Below are positions 47,436 to 57,974 of a DNA stretch of 64,000 nucleotides, one piece after another. The position numbers and the translations under genes were made by a program. Origin of the DNA: an uncultured Gemmatimonadales bacterium (GTDB taxonomy: Bacteria; Gemmatimonadota; Gemmatimonadetes; Gemmatimonadales; GWC2-71-9); the NCBI GenBank assembly GCA_963748815.1, contig CAVVKJ010000010.1, positions 288,001 to 352,000 of the forward strand. Direction: 5' to 3'. Every line of letters begins with the position of its first letter. Position 1 is the stretch's first letter. The notes under the pieces are model-generated. The model did not search any database and was not told where the DNA came from. It saw nothing but the letters and a program-made list of their open reading frames with translations.

Positions 47436-48419
47436 GTGCGTAACCGCCCGACGATTCTCTTCCATTCGCCGGACGCGCGCCCAGTGCCAGCAGTTCTCCG
47501 GCGCTGGGCCGAGGCCCGGGGCTTTCCCACACTGGAGTTTCGGGGTGGGGCGGAACTGGAGTCCATCGTGCTCCGCGGCGCCTCGTGCCTGATTTTTCTG
47601 GACGGCGACGAGTCCGGCGGGGAGGGACTCGCGATGGTGCGGCGCCTGAAGGCCGACGCCTTCACCGCGATCGTGCCGGCGGTCGTCCTATCGGGCACGC
47701 ACGCGCCGGAAAAGGTGGGGGAGTGGTTTGCGGCCGGTGCCGACGAGGTCATCACCGGGTTCTTCGCCCCGGCGGAGCAGCGCGCGCGGCTCGACGCGAT
47801 GCTGCTGCGGACTGAGCGCGACGTCTCGGTGCATCCCTCGACCCGGCTGCCGGGGACGACGGAAATCGAGCGGGCCATCCGGGTGCAGCTGGAGTCGGGC
47901 GACGAGTTCGCGGTGTGCTACGCCGACCTCGACCATTTCAAGGAGTACAACGACCGGTACAGCTACTACGACGGCGACCGGGTCATCTTCATCCTCTCGC
48001 GGATCCTGCACGACGTGGTCCGTGGCATGACCGGTTCGGCGGGGTTTGTCGGGCATATCGGCGGCGACGACTTCATCTTCGTTATCCCGTCGGCCCACGT
48101 GGCCGAGGTGTGCGGCGAGATCCTGTCGGTGTTCGACACCCTGATCCCGCTGCAGTACAACGACCAGGACCGGCGGGCGGGGTACTTTTTCGGCAAGGAT
48201 CGTCGGGGGCAGCTGCACCGGGTGCCGTTGATGACGCTTTCGATCGGGATCGTCACCAACCGGAACCGCCGGTTCGCGCACCCGGCGCAGGTGAGCGAGC
48301 TCGCGACGGAAATGAAGAGCTACGCCAAGACCCTTCCGGGCTCGGTGTTCGTGGTTGACCGCCGTCATGCGCCCGAGGGCGAATCGCCGGCCACCGGCGA
48401 AGGCCGGGACAAGCGTTGA
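47436..48419 (+). CDS. degenerate receiver domain + GGDEF-family domain (GGDDF)
   Basis: AGADEVI REC remnant; YADLDHFKEYNDRY, GDRVI, GHIGGDDF, TLSIG. Start uncertain. Confidence 0.87.
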   Translation: MRNRPTILFHSPDARPVPAVLRRWAEARGFPTLEFRGGAELESIVLRGASCLIFLDGDESGGEGLAMVRRLKADAFTAIVPAVVLSGTHAPEKVGEWFAAGADEVITGFFAPAEQRARLDAMLLRTERDVSVHPSTRLPGTTEIERAIRVQLESGDEFAVCYADLDHFKEYNDRYSYYDGDRVIFILSRILHDVVRGMTGSAGFVGHIGGDDFIFVIPSAHVAEVCGEILSVFDTLIPLQYNDQDRRAGYFFGKDRRGQLHRVPLMTLSIGIVTNRNRRFAHPAQVSELATEMKSYAKTLPGSVFVVDRRHAPEGESPATGEGRDKR

Positions 48420-48429
48420 GGACGCCGCA

Positions 48430-49143
48430 ATGAACGTGACCTGCCCAGGCTGTTCGACCGTCTTCCGGGTGGACCCCGCCAAGGTCCCCGCCGGTGGCGT
48501 GCGCGCGCGCTGCTCCGTCTGTCGCGCGGTGTTCCGGGTGGAATCCGAGGCGGCCGCGCCGGTCGCGTCCGCCGCGCCGGCCCTGGCGTCGACGCATGTG
48601 CCTCCGCCCCCTCGGACGGCGCCGTCCATTCCGTCGGCGCCCGCCGCCGCTCCGCCGCCGCCCCGTGCGTCCGCCCCGGCGCCGGCCTACCCGTCCGACC
48701 ACGGTGTCGGTGCGCCGCCGTTCGTGGTCCCCCCGCCGAGCCCGGTCGTGCCGCGACCCGCGGCGCCGACGTATCCGCCCGCGCCGTCCGCCGGCGCCCC
48801 GCACGTGCGGCCGCCGTTTTCCTCGCGGCCGGTGAGCATCGCCACGCCGTCCGCGCCACGGACCGCGTCGCCCCGCCCGTCGGTCAACCCCTTCCTCTCC
48901 AAGGACCCGGGGCAGAAGGCGCGGCGACTCGCCCGGGCGCTCGTGTCCGACATCGCGGTGTACCACCCCGAGAAGCGGCTGGAGGGGCTCCGGCACGGCA
49001 CCCTGAAGCAGATCTTCGACGACGAGATCAAGAAGAGCTGGGAAGAGTACGCCGGACAGGTGGGCCGCGACCTGGCGGAGTCCACCACCCACTTCAACGA
49101 CGCGCTGAACGAGATCCTGGGAGACGGCAGCAAGATCTTCTGA
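48430..49143 (+). CDS. MJ0042-type zinc-ribbon protein with Pro/Ala linker and helical C-terminal domain
   Basis: MNVTCPGCSTVFRVD...RCSVC; KARRLARALVSDI. Confidence 0.85.
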   Translation: MNVTCPGCSTVFRVDPAKVPAGGVRARCSVCRAVFRVESEAAAPVASAAPALASTHVPPPPRTAPSIPSAPAAAPPPPRASAPAPAYPSDHGVGAPPFVVPPPSPVVPRPAAPTYPPAPSAGAPHVRPPFSSRPVSIATPSAPRTASPRPSVNPFLSKDPGQKARRLARALVSDIAVYHPEKRLEGLRHGTLKQIFDDEIKKSWEEYAGQVGRDLAESTTHFNDALNEILGDGSKIF

Positions 49144-49155
49144 CTTGGCACGCCC

Positions 49156-49219
49156 GGCGTGAAACGCGGAACGGCGGCGTGTGTGCGCACCGGTTCCCGT
49201 TTCACGCCTTCTGTTTTCT
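49156..49219 (+). terminator. long imperfect hairpin with U-rich tail upstream of prfB
   Basis: GGCGTGAAACG...CGTTTCACGCC followed by TTCTGTTTTCT. Confidence 0.55.
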
Positions 49220-49246
49220 GGCACCACGGACCGACCGAGGACGGAC

Positions 49247-50353
49247 ATGGCTGGAGTGACCGAACGACTCGAGGCGTTGCAGGCCCAGGCCGACGAACTG
49301 CGGAGATTTCTTTGACGTAACGCGCCGGCAGTCCCGCCTCTCGGAGCTGGAATCGGCCCAGATGGACCCGACCTTCTGGTCCAACCAGGAGCGGGCGCGG
49401 ACCATCGTCCAGGAAATCAAGCAGCTCAAGTCGTGGATCACGCCGTTCGCCGACCTGTCCGGCCGGCTGGCGGACGCCGTGGACATGGCGGAGCTCCTCG
49501 ACGCCGAACCGGATGCGGCGATGGCCGCGGAGCTCGAGGCGGAGGTGGACCGGCTGGAGCGGGCCGCGACCGCGCTGGAGGTGCGCGGGATGCTGCAGGG
49601 CCCCGACGACGCGCGCGACGCCATCCTGACCATCCACCCCGGTGCCGGCGGCACGGAGTCGCAGGACTGGGCCGAGATGCTCATGCGGATGTACGTGCGC
49701 TGGGCCGAGCGGCGCGGGTACGCCGTCAGCGTCCTCGACCTGGTCGAGGGGGAGGAGGCGGGGATCAAGTCGGTGACGCTCGAGCATCGCCGGGGAGTTC
49801 GCGTACGGCTACCTCCGGGCGGAGAAGGGGGTGCACCGCCTGGTGCGCATTTCCCCCTTCGATTCGCAGGCGCGCCGCCACACCTCGTTCGCCTCGGTTT
49901 TCGTCTATCCCGACATCGACGACACCATCGAGGTGGACCTGCGCGACGAGGACATCCGGATGGACGTCTACCGTGCCTCCGGGGCCGGCGGCCAGCACGT
50001 GAACAAGACCTCGTCGGCCGTGCGGCTGACGCACGAGCCGACCGGCATCGTGGTCGCCTGCCAGCAGGAGCGCAGCCAGGGGAAGAACAAGGCGACCGCC
50101 ATGAAGATGCTGCGCGCCGCGCTCTATCAGCGGAAGCTGGAGGAGCAGGAGGCGGCCAAGGCGGCCGTCGAGGCCACCAAGACCGACAACTCCTGGGGCA
50201 ACCAGATTCGGTCGTACGTATTCCAGCCCTATACCATGGTCAACGACCATCGCATCGGAACTGAAGGTCGGCGATGTGCATCGCGTCATGGACGGGGACA
50301 TCGATGCCTTCATCGAGGCGTACCTGAAGAGCGCCGGAGGGACAGCCGCGTGA
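49247..50353 (+). CDS. prfB: peptide chain release factor 2 (programmed +1 frameshift at 49310-49316; additional apparent errors near 49785, 50254)
   Basis: ELRRFL* then DVTRR...; [17 protein letters not shown] (SPF), [16 protein letters not shown]. Confidence 0.96.
49301..49316 (+). other. RF2 autoregulatory +1 frameshift cassette (GGAG SD-like + CTT TGA C)
   Basis: CGGAGA TTT CTT TGA C at codon 22-23. Confidence 0.93.
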
Positions 50354-51858
50354 CGGATGAGACCCGCTCCTTCGTGGAGGACGCGCGCCGGGCCAAGCTC
50401 GACGAGCTCCGCGCCGCCGGCATCGAGCCCTTCGGCTACTCGTTCAAGCGGACCTTCACCGCCGCCGCGGCGGTGGCCGCCTACGACGATGCGATGGGCG
50501 ACGACGGCCCCGAGGTGTCCGCCGCCGGTCGGCTCGTGTCGTACCGCCGTCAGGGGAAGACCGCCTTTGCCCACCTGGAAGACGTCTCCGGCCGGCTGCA
50601 GCTGTACTTCCGCCAGGACGCCCTGGGCGCCGCCTGGGGGCTGGTGCAGCTGCTCGACCTCGACGACCACGTCGGCGTCCACGGGAAGCTCTTCCGCACC
50701 CGCACCGGGGAGATCACGGTCCGGGTGACCGCCGTGGAGCTGCTCGCCAAGTCGCTCCGCCCGCTGCCCCGCGGCAAGACGCAAGTCGGCGAGTCGGGGG
50801 AGACCGTCACCTTCGGGGGGCTCGCCGACTCCGAGGTCCGGTATCGCCAGCGGTACGCCGACCTGGCCGTGCATCCGGAGGTGCGGGAGGTGTTTCGCCT
50901 GCGGGCGCGCGCCGTGTCCTGGCTCCGGCGCTTCCTCGATGAGCGGGCCTTTCTCGAGGTGGAAACGCCCATCCTGCAGCCGCTCTACGGCGGCGCGGCG
51001 GCGCGCCCCTTCGTGACGCACCACAACGCCCTCGACATGCCGCTCTACCTCCGCATCGCCGACGAGCTCTATCTCAAGCGCCTGCTGGTCGGCGGGCTCG
51101 AGCGCGTCTACGAAATCGGGCACGACTTCCGGAACGAGGGGATGGACCGCACGCACAACCCCGAGTTCACGATGCTGGAGTGCTACCAGGCCTACGCCGA
51201 CTATCGCGACATGATGGACCTGACGGAGGCGATGGTCAGCGGGCTGGTGGAGCACTGTTGCGGCACGCTGCGACTCGAGCGCGGCGACGAGGTCCTCGAC
51301 TTCGCGACGCCGTGGCCCCGCGTGTCGTTCGTCGAGGGCATCCGCCTGCGGAGCGGGCTCGATGTCTGCGAGGCCTCGGAGGCGGACATGCGAGCCCGCC
51401 TCGTCCGCACCGGCGTGCCGGCGGAGGAGGCGGCCACGTTCAGCGGGGGCAAGCTGCAGGACGAGATGTTCAAGGCGTTCCTCGAGCCGCACCTCATCCA
51501 GCCTACCTTCGTGGTGGACTACCCGCTGCCGCTCTCCCCGCTGGCGAAGCCGCACCGCGCCGATCCACGCCTCACCGAACGGTTCGAGCTCTTCGTCCAG
51601 GGCCGCGAGATTGCGAACGCCTTCAGTGAGCTGAACGATCCGGACGACCAGCGCCGCCGGTTCGAGGACCAGGCGCGCCAGCGCGCCGACGGCGACGACG
51701 AGGCGCAGCTCTACGACGGCGACTACATCCGGGCGCTGGAGTACGGCATGCCGCCGGCCGGGGGCCTCGGCGTCGGCCTGGACCGGCTGCTGATGGTGCT
51801 CACCGGCTTGCCGTCCATCCGGGACGTGATCCTCTTTCCCGCCATGCGCCCCGAATGA
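50350..51858 (+). CDS. lysS: lysine--tRNA ligase (class II)
   Basis: [53 protein letters not shown]. Confidence 0.97.
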   Translation: MTDETRSFVEDARRAKLDELRAAGIEPFGYSFKRTFTAAAAVAAYDDAMGDDGPEVSAAGRLVSYRRQGKTAFAHLEDVSGRLQLYFRQDALGAAWGLVQLLDLDDHVGVHGKLFRTRTGEITVRVTAVELLAKSLRPLPRGKTQVGESGETVTFGGLADSEVRYRQRYADLAVHPEVREVFRLRARAVSWLRRFLDERAFLEVETPILQPLYGGAAARPFVTHHNALDMPLYLRIADELYLKRLLVGGLERVYEIGHDFRNEGMDRTHNPEFTMLECYQAYADYRDMMDLTEAMVSGLVEHCCGTLRLERGDEVLDFATPWPRVSFVEGIRLRSGLDVCEASEADMRARLVRTGVPAEEAATFSGGKLQDEMFKAFLEPHLIQPTFVVDYPLPLSPLAKPHRADPRLTERFELFVQGREIANAFSELNDPDDQRRRFEDQARQRADGDDEAQLYDGDYIRALEYGMPPAGGLGVGLDRLLMVLTGLPSIRDVILFPAMRPE

Positions 51859-53159
51859 AGCCCGTCGCGCGCTCGGCCGTCCCCCTGCGGGAGCTGCTCC
51901 GGCTTCCTTCCCGCCTCGAGCGGCACATTGCGGTGCGCTACCTGCGCAGCCGGCGGGGGCGGCGCGGGGCCTCGCTCGGCACCACCATTTCGGTCGGCGG
52001 CGTGGCGGTCGGGATCATGGCGCTCATCGTCGTTCTCGGCGTGATGAACGGGCTCCGGGATGATCTCCGCGACCGGATCCTCGTCGTGAGCCCGCACCTC
52101 CGGATGCTGGCCTATGGCAGCAGCCTCCGGCTCGACAATTGGCAGGGCGCGCTGGCGCGCATCCGCGAGGCGCCGGGGGTCGTCGCCGCCGCACCGGAGG
52201 TCATCACCCAGTCGCTCATCATCAACGAGGCGGGGTACCCTGAGGCGGTCAATGTCCTCGGGCTCGACACCACCGCCGCGTCGCTCGCCGTCACCCCGCT
52301 CCCTGCGCACGTCGTCACCGGCGACCTGAAGTTCCAGGTGACCGATACCTCCGTCGACGGCGGGGTCGTGCTCGGTCGCCGGCTCTCCGAACGGCTGGGC
52401 GCCCTGCCCGGCGACATCGTCCATCTCGTGCCCCCGACTGCCGCCCGCATCAATCCCGCGCTCGGCATGCCGATGCCACGGTTCTGGAAGCTGCAGGTGA
52501 CCGGGACCTTCGAGACCGGGATGTACCAGTACGACAACCAGTTCGTGGTCATGGAACGGGTGCTGGCCCAGGAGTTTGCCGGGCTCGACAGCGCGGTGAC
52601 CGGCATCCAGGTCCGGGTTGGCGACCCTTGGGAGGCGCCGCGCATCGGTGCAGAGTTGGAGGACTTGCTGGGGGTCCTGCAGTACCGGAGCCTCGACTGG
52701 CAGCAGCAGAACGGGGCAATGTTCGCGGCGCTGCAGCTCGAGAAGCTCGCGATGGGCCTGGTCATCTTCTTCATCATGATCGTGGCGGCGTTCAACATCG
52801 TCGGCACGCTGACCATGCTCGTCACCGACAAGACCAGGGAAATCGGCATCCTCGAGGCGATGGGTCTGCCGGCCGGGTCGATCGGTCGGATCTTCCTGGC
52901 GCAGGGCGCCATCATCGGGGCGATCGGTGTGGCGATCGGGCTCGTCGCCGGGCTGGCCATCGCGTTCATCGTGGACAAGAGCGGGTTGATCCGCATCGAG
53001 GCGGCCATTTACGGGATCGACCGCCTCCCGGTCCACATCGAGTTGGTGGATCTCCTCGTGGTCATCGCCGCCGGCTTCGTGGTGACGGTGGCCGCCACGC
53101 TCTACCCGTCGCGCGCCGCCACCCGGCTCACGCCGGTCGACGCGATCCGGCACGAATGA
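51855..53159 (+). CDS. lolE: lipoprotein-releasing ABC permease LolC/E
   Basis: [38 protein letters not shown]. Confidence 0.88.
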   Translation: MKPVARSAVPLRELLRLPSRLERHIAVRYLRSRRGRRGASLGTTISVGGVAVGIMALIVVLGVMNGLRDDLRDRILVVSPHLRMLAYGSSLRLDNWQGALARIREAPGVVAAAPEVITQSLIINEAGYPEAVNVLGLDTTAASLAVTPLPAHVVTGDLKFQVTDTSVDGGVVLGRRLSERLGALPGDIVHLVPPTAARINPALGMPMPRFWKLQVTGTFETGMYQYDNQFVVMERVLAQEFAGLDSAVTGIQVRVGDPWEAPRIGAELEDLLGVLQYRSLDWQQQNGAMFAALQLEKLAMGLVIFFIMIVAAFNIVGTLTMLVTDKTREIGILEAMGLPAGSIGRIFLAQGAIIGAIGVAIGLVAGLAIAFIVDKSGLIRIEAAIYGIDRLPVHIELVDLLVVIAAGFVVTVAATLYPSRAATRLTPVDAIRHE

Positions 53160-53857
53160 GCGTCGTGCTGGAGGCCCGCGGACTGCGGAAGACCTATCTC
53201 GGCGGCGACGGCGCGCCGATCGACGTGCTCGCGGGAGTGGACCTGAGCGTCTCCCGGGGTGAGTTCGTCGCGATCGTCGGGGCGAGCGGGGCGGGAAAGA
53301 GCACGCTGCTGCACCTCCTCGGCGCGCTCGACGAGCCGACGGCGGGAGAGGTCCTGCTTGACGGGGCACGGTACGCCGATCGGAGCGCCGCGGAGCTCGC
53401 CGCCCTCCGCAACGCGCGGATCGGCTTCGTCTTCCAGTTTCACCACCTGTTGCGGGAGTTCACCGCGCGCGAAAACGTCATGATGCCGCTCTTGATTGCG
53501 GGGGCGGCGGATGCCGAGGCGGGCGCCCGCGCCGACACGCTGCTCGAGGCGGTGGGGCTCTCGGCGCGCCGGCTGCACCTGCCGACGCAGCTTTCCGGTG
53601 GCGAGCAGCAGCGGGTGGCGGTGGCGCGCGCGCTCGCGAACGCTCCGGCGGTGGTGCTGGCCGACGAGCCGTCGGGGAATCTCGATCACGCGCACAGCGA
53701 GAATCTGCACACGATCTTCGCCGGGCTGGCGCGCGACTTCCAGACCGCCCTCGTGGTGGTGACCCACAACCGGCATCTCGCCGCCCGGGCCGACCGTCTC
53801 CTCGCCGTGGAAGGCGGACTCCTGGTGCCCGCCGGACGGGAGGAGGGACCGACGTGA
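53156..53857 (+). CDS. lolD: lipoprotein-releasing ABC ATPase
   Basis: GASGAGKS, GFVFQFHHLL, LSGGEQQR, ADEPSGNLD. Confidence 0.9.
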   Translation: MSVVLEARGLRKTYLGGDGAPIDVLAGVDLSVSRGEFVAIVGASGAGKSTLLHLLGALDEPTAGEVLLDGARYADRSAAELAALRNARIGFVFQFHHLLREFTARENVMMPLLIAGAADAEAGARADTLLEAVGLSARRLHLPTQLSGGEQQRVAVARALANAPAVVLADEPSGNLDHAHSENLHTIFAGLARDFQTALVVVTHNRHLAARADRLLAVEGGLLVPAGREEGPT

Positions 53858-54354
53858 CCTGCCAGCAGTGCGAGGAACGCGAGGCGGTCGTCCTCCTGAA
53901 GAAGGTCGAGGGGGGCGACGTGCGCGTGCTGCACCTCTGCGAGAAGTGCGCGGCGGAACGGGGGGTGCCGGAGGGGGAGGAGTCGGCCAAGACGCCGCTC
54001 GGTGCCTTCCTCGCCGCGATGGGGACCGATCTCGCCGCCGAATCGCCCCTCAGCAGCGGCGCCGCCCTCGCGGAGTGCCCGGGGTGCGGGGCCACGCTGC
54101 AGGACTTCCGGCGGACCGGCCGCCTGGGGTGCGCCACCTGCTGGACCACCTTCGAGGGACCGCTCCGGGGGCTCACCCGCCGGGTGCACGGCGCCACGCG
54201 GCACGTCGGCGAGCACTACGTGGAGCCGGGTGCGGCGCCGACCGATCAGATTGCGCTCGTGCGGCGGCTGCGGGAACAGCTGGCGGCGGCGGTCAGCGAT
54301 GAGAATTTCGAGCAGGCCGCCGAGCTGCGGGATCGCCTGCGGGGGCTCGAATGA
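53854..54354 (+). CDS. mcsA: McsA, activator of protein arginine kinase
   Basis: Four CxxC motifs, GRLGC, C-terminal UVR motif ENFEQAAELRD. Confidence 0.92.
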   Translation: MTCQQCEEREAVVLLKKVEGGDVRVLHLCEKCAAERGVPEGEESAKTPLGAFLAAMGTDLAAESPLSSGAALAECPGCGATLQDFRRTGRLGCATCWTTFEGPLRGLTRRVHGATRHVGEHYVEPGAAPTDQIALVRRLREQLAAAVSDENFEQAAELRDRLRGLE

Positions 54355-55430
54355 TCGACCTGACGCTCCTGGCGGACGGCGGAATCGGCTGGATCGACGC
54401 CTCGGGCCCGGCAAGCCCGCTGGTGTTGTCCACCCGGATCCGCCTGGCGCGTAATCTCGCCGGGCGACCCTTCGCGACGCGGAATGGCGCGAGCGATCGG
54501 GAGGCGATTGCGGAGGCGGTGAGCGGGGCGGTGGCCGGCACGGAGGCGCTGGGGCAGGCCGCCAGCTTTCGGCTCGACCGGCTCGATCTGCGCGACCGGC
54601 TCCTGCTGCACGAGCGGCACCTGGTCAGCAAGGAACTCGCGGGACTGGGTGGGGAACCGGTTCCGGTGGGGGCGGCGCTGCTGGTGCAGGACCGGGTCGG
54701 GGCGATGGTCAACGAGGAGGATCACCTCCGGTTGCAGGGGGTGGTTTCAGGGTTCGCGCTGGAGGCGGCGTACGCCGAGGTCGACCGGCTGGACAGTGAA
54801 CTGGGGCAACGACTTGCCTTCGCATTTCACCCTGAGTTTGGTTACCTTTCCGCCTGTCCAACCAACGTCGGAACCGGGCTGCGCGCCTCTGTTTTGATCC
54901 ATCTGCCCGGGCTGGTGTTGACCAAGGAAATCTCGAAGGTGCTGCAGGGGCTGGCCCAGGTCGGGCTCGCCGTGCGGGGCCTGTACGGCGAGGGCAGCGA
55001 GGTCGTCGGCAATTTCTTCCAGCTGTCGAACCAGACGACGCTCGGCAAGTCGGAGCGTGACCTCCTCGATCACCTTGGCAAGATGGTGCGCGAGGTGATG
55101 ACCTACGAGGACGAGGCGCGTGCGGTGCTCTTGCGGGATGCGCGCGCGGTGATCGAGGACAAGGTGTGGCGCGCGTACGGGCTGCTGCGATACGCCCGGG
55201 CGCTATCCTACGAGGAGGCGATGAACCTCCTCAGCGGCGTGCGACTCGGCGTGGGACTGCAGGTGATTCCCGACGTCGGATTCTACGCCCTCAACAAGAT
55301 GCTGGTTCACACGCAGCAGGCGCATCTGGCCTCGGCGCACGGCGTGGCGCTCGACGATCCGTCGCTCGCCGTCCGACGCGCTGACTTTGTGCGAACGCTG
55401 CTGCAAGACGAAGGACGGCGAGCAGGGTGA
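54351..55430 (+). CDS. mcsB: protein arginine kinase McsB
   Basis: STRIRLARN, ERHLVS, NEEDHLR, CPTNVGTGLRAS, RGLYGEG, SNQTTLG. Confidence 0.95.
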   Translation: MIDLTLLADGGIGWIDASGPASPLVLSTRIRLARNLAGRPFATRNGASDREAIAEAVSGAVAGTEALGQAASFRLDRLDLRDRLLLHERHLVSKELAGLGGEPVPVGAALLVQDRVGAMVNEEDHLRLQGVVSGFALEAAYAEVDRLDSELGQRLAFAFHPEFGYLSACPTNVGTGLRASVLIHLPGLVLTKEISKVLQGLAQVGLAVRGLYGEGSEVVGNFFQLSNQTTLGKSERDLLDHLGKMVREVMTYEDEARAVLLRDARAVIEDKVWRAYGLLRYARALSYEEAMNLLSGVRLGVGLQVIPDVGFYALNKMLVHTQQAHLASAHGVALDDPSLAVRRADFVRTLLQDEGRRAG

Positions 55431-55434
55431 CCCC

Positions 55435-57909
55435 ATGAACGGCTACAACTTCACTGACCGCGTCCGGAAGGTCCTGCAGATGGCCCGCGAAGAGGCGGCC
55501 CGCCTGCACCACGAGTACGTCGGCACCGAGCACATTCTCCTCGGCCTCATCCGCGAGGGGGAGGGCGTCGCTGCCGGCGTGCTGCAGAACCTGAATGTGG
55601 ACCTCGAGGACATCCAGCAGAAAATCGAGGAGACGGTCAAGCGCGGGAAGGCGGCGGCCGCCGCCGGCCCCGACCTGCCGTACACCTCGCGCGCCAAGAA
55701 GGTGCTCGAACTGGCGATGGTCGAGGCCCGCGAGCTGAACCATTCCTACGTCGGCACCGAGCACCTCCTGCTCGGGCTGCTGCGCGAGGAGAAGGGCATC
55801 GCCGCGCAGGTGCTCGCCGACGCCGGCGTCAGCCTGGAGCAGTCGCGCGCCGAGACGCTCCGGCTCCTCGGCAGCGACCTGCCGGCGCCGACCAGCGCCG
55901 CGCCGACCGGGGCAGCCGCAGCCGGCCGCCAAGTCCGAGAAGAAGTCCAAGACGCCGGCGCTCGACCATTTCTGCCGCGACCTGACGCAGCTCGCCGCGG
56001 ACAGACCAGCTCGACCCCACGATCGGCCGCGCGACCGAGATCGAGCGGGTCATGGAAATCCTGGCGCGCCGCAAGAAGAACAACCCGGTCCTCATCGGCG
56101 AGCCCGGCGTCGGCAAGACGGCCATCGTGGAGGGGCTCGCGCTCCTCATCGCGAGCGGCCAGTGCCCCGACGTCCTCCGGGATCACCGCGTCCTGTCCCT
56201 CGACATGGCGGCGGTCATCGCCGGCACGAAGTACCGGGGGCAGTTCGAGGAGCGGCTCAAGGCGGTCATGAACGAGATCGCCCAGAACCGCCACGTCATG
56301 CTGTTCATCGACGAGCTGCACACCCTCGTGGGGGCGGGCGCCGCCGAAGGCGCCATCGACGCCTCGAACATGCTGAAGCCCGCGCTGGCCCGCGGCGAGC
56401 TCCAGTGCGTCGGCGCGTCGACGCTGAACGAGTACCGGAAGTACATCGAGAAGGACGGTGCCCTCGAGCGCCGGTTCCAGACGGTCGTCGTGGAGCCGCC
56501 CTCGATCGACGAGACCTTCGAGATCCTGAAGGGGCTCCGCAAGAAGTACGAGGACCATCACCGGGTGAGCATTCCCGACGAGACCCTCAAGGCCGCGGCG
56601 CAGCTCTCCGAGCGCTACATCACCGACCGGTTCCTGCCGGACAAGGCCATCGACGTCATCGACGAGGCGGGCGCCCGCGCCCGGCTCGCCTCGCAGGCGC
56701 CGCCGCCCGAGGTGGCCGCGCTCAAGGGCGACCTCGACAAGGTCAACACCGACAAGGAAGAGGCGGTCCGCGACCAGAACTTCGAGCGCGCCGCGTCGCT
56801 GCGCGACCGGGAGCGCGACCTCCAGAACCAGATCCGCCTCCGGCAGGAGGAATGGGAGAAGGACCGGCAGACCCGCCGCCCGATCATCGACGAGGAGGCG
56901 ATCGCCTTCATCGTCTCCCGCTGGACCGGCATTCCCGTGACCCGGATCCAGGAGGCGGAGGCGTCGCGCCTGCTCCGGATGGAGGAGGAAATCCACGAGG
57001 CGGTCGTCGGCCAGGACGAGGCGATCCGGGCGGTGTCCCGGGCCATCCGCCGCTCCCGCGCCGGCCTCAAGGATCCCAACCGTCCGATCGGGTCGTTCAT
57101 CTTCTCCGGCCCCACCGGCGTCGGCAAGACGGAACTGGCGCGCGCGCTGGCCAAGTTCCTCTTCGCCGACCCGTCGGCGCTCATCCGGGTCGACATGTCG
57201 GAGTACATGGAGAAGTTCTCCGTCTCCCGCCTGATCGGCGCCCCGCCGGGCTACGTGGGCTACGAGGACTCGGGCACGCTGACGAAGCGGTGCGGCGCAA
57301 GCCGTACTCGGTGGTCCTCCTCGACGAGATCGAGAAGGCGCACCCCGACGTGTTCAACATCCTGCTGCAGGTGCTCGACGAGGGGCACCTGACCGACAAC
57401 TACGGCCGCGTCATCGACTTCAAGAACACCGTGGTCATCATGACCTCGAACGTCGGGGCCCGGGACATCACGCAAGGCCAAGACGCTCGGCTTTCACACG
57501 CAGGACGCCGCGGCGTCGTTCGAGACGATGGCCGGACAAGGTCAAGGAGGAGATGGCGAAGGTCTTCAACCCGGAGTTCCTCAACCGCCTCGACGACGTG
57601 ATCGTCTTCCACCCGCTCGGGCGGGAGCACATCGCCGAGATCGTCAGCATCCTGCTGCGCGAGGTCGCGCGGCGCCTCGGCGACGAGGTGCGGCTGACGC
57701 AGGCGGCGACCGACTTCCTCGCGGAGCAGGGCTACGACCAGCAGTACGGCGCCCGCCCGCTCAAGCGCGCCATTCAGAAGTTCGTGGAGGATCCGTTGAG
57801 CGAGAAGATCCTGCTCGGCGAGATCGGCCGGGGCGACGAGATCGAAGTCGATCTCGCGGCCGACGGCAAGTCGCTGGCGTTCCGCGCCCTGACCGGAACC
57901 CAGGCCTGA
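55435..57909 (+). CDS. clpC: ATP-dependent Clp protease ATPase ClpC (apparent indel errors near 55912, 56003, 57287, 57473, 57534)
   Basis: FTDR...GTEH x2, [18 protein letters not shown]-domain, [11 protein letters not shown] loop, GARPLKR. Confidence 0.95.
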
Positions 57910-57974
57910 GTCGTGCGAGGCCGGTCGCCCTCACGGTGGGGGCGGCTGACCGCGCGTCCGGACGCCCTCCCCTG

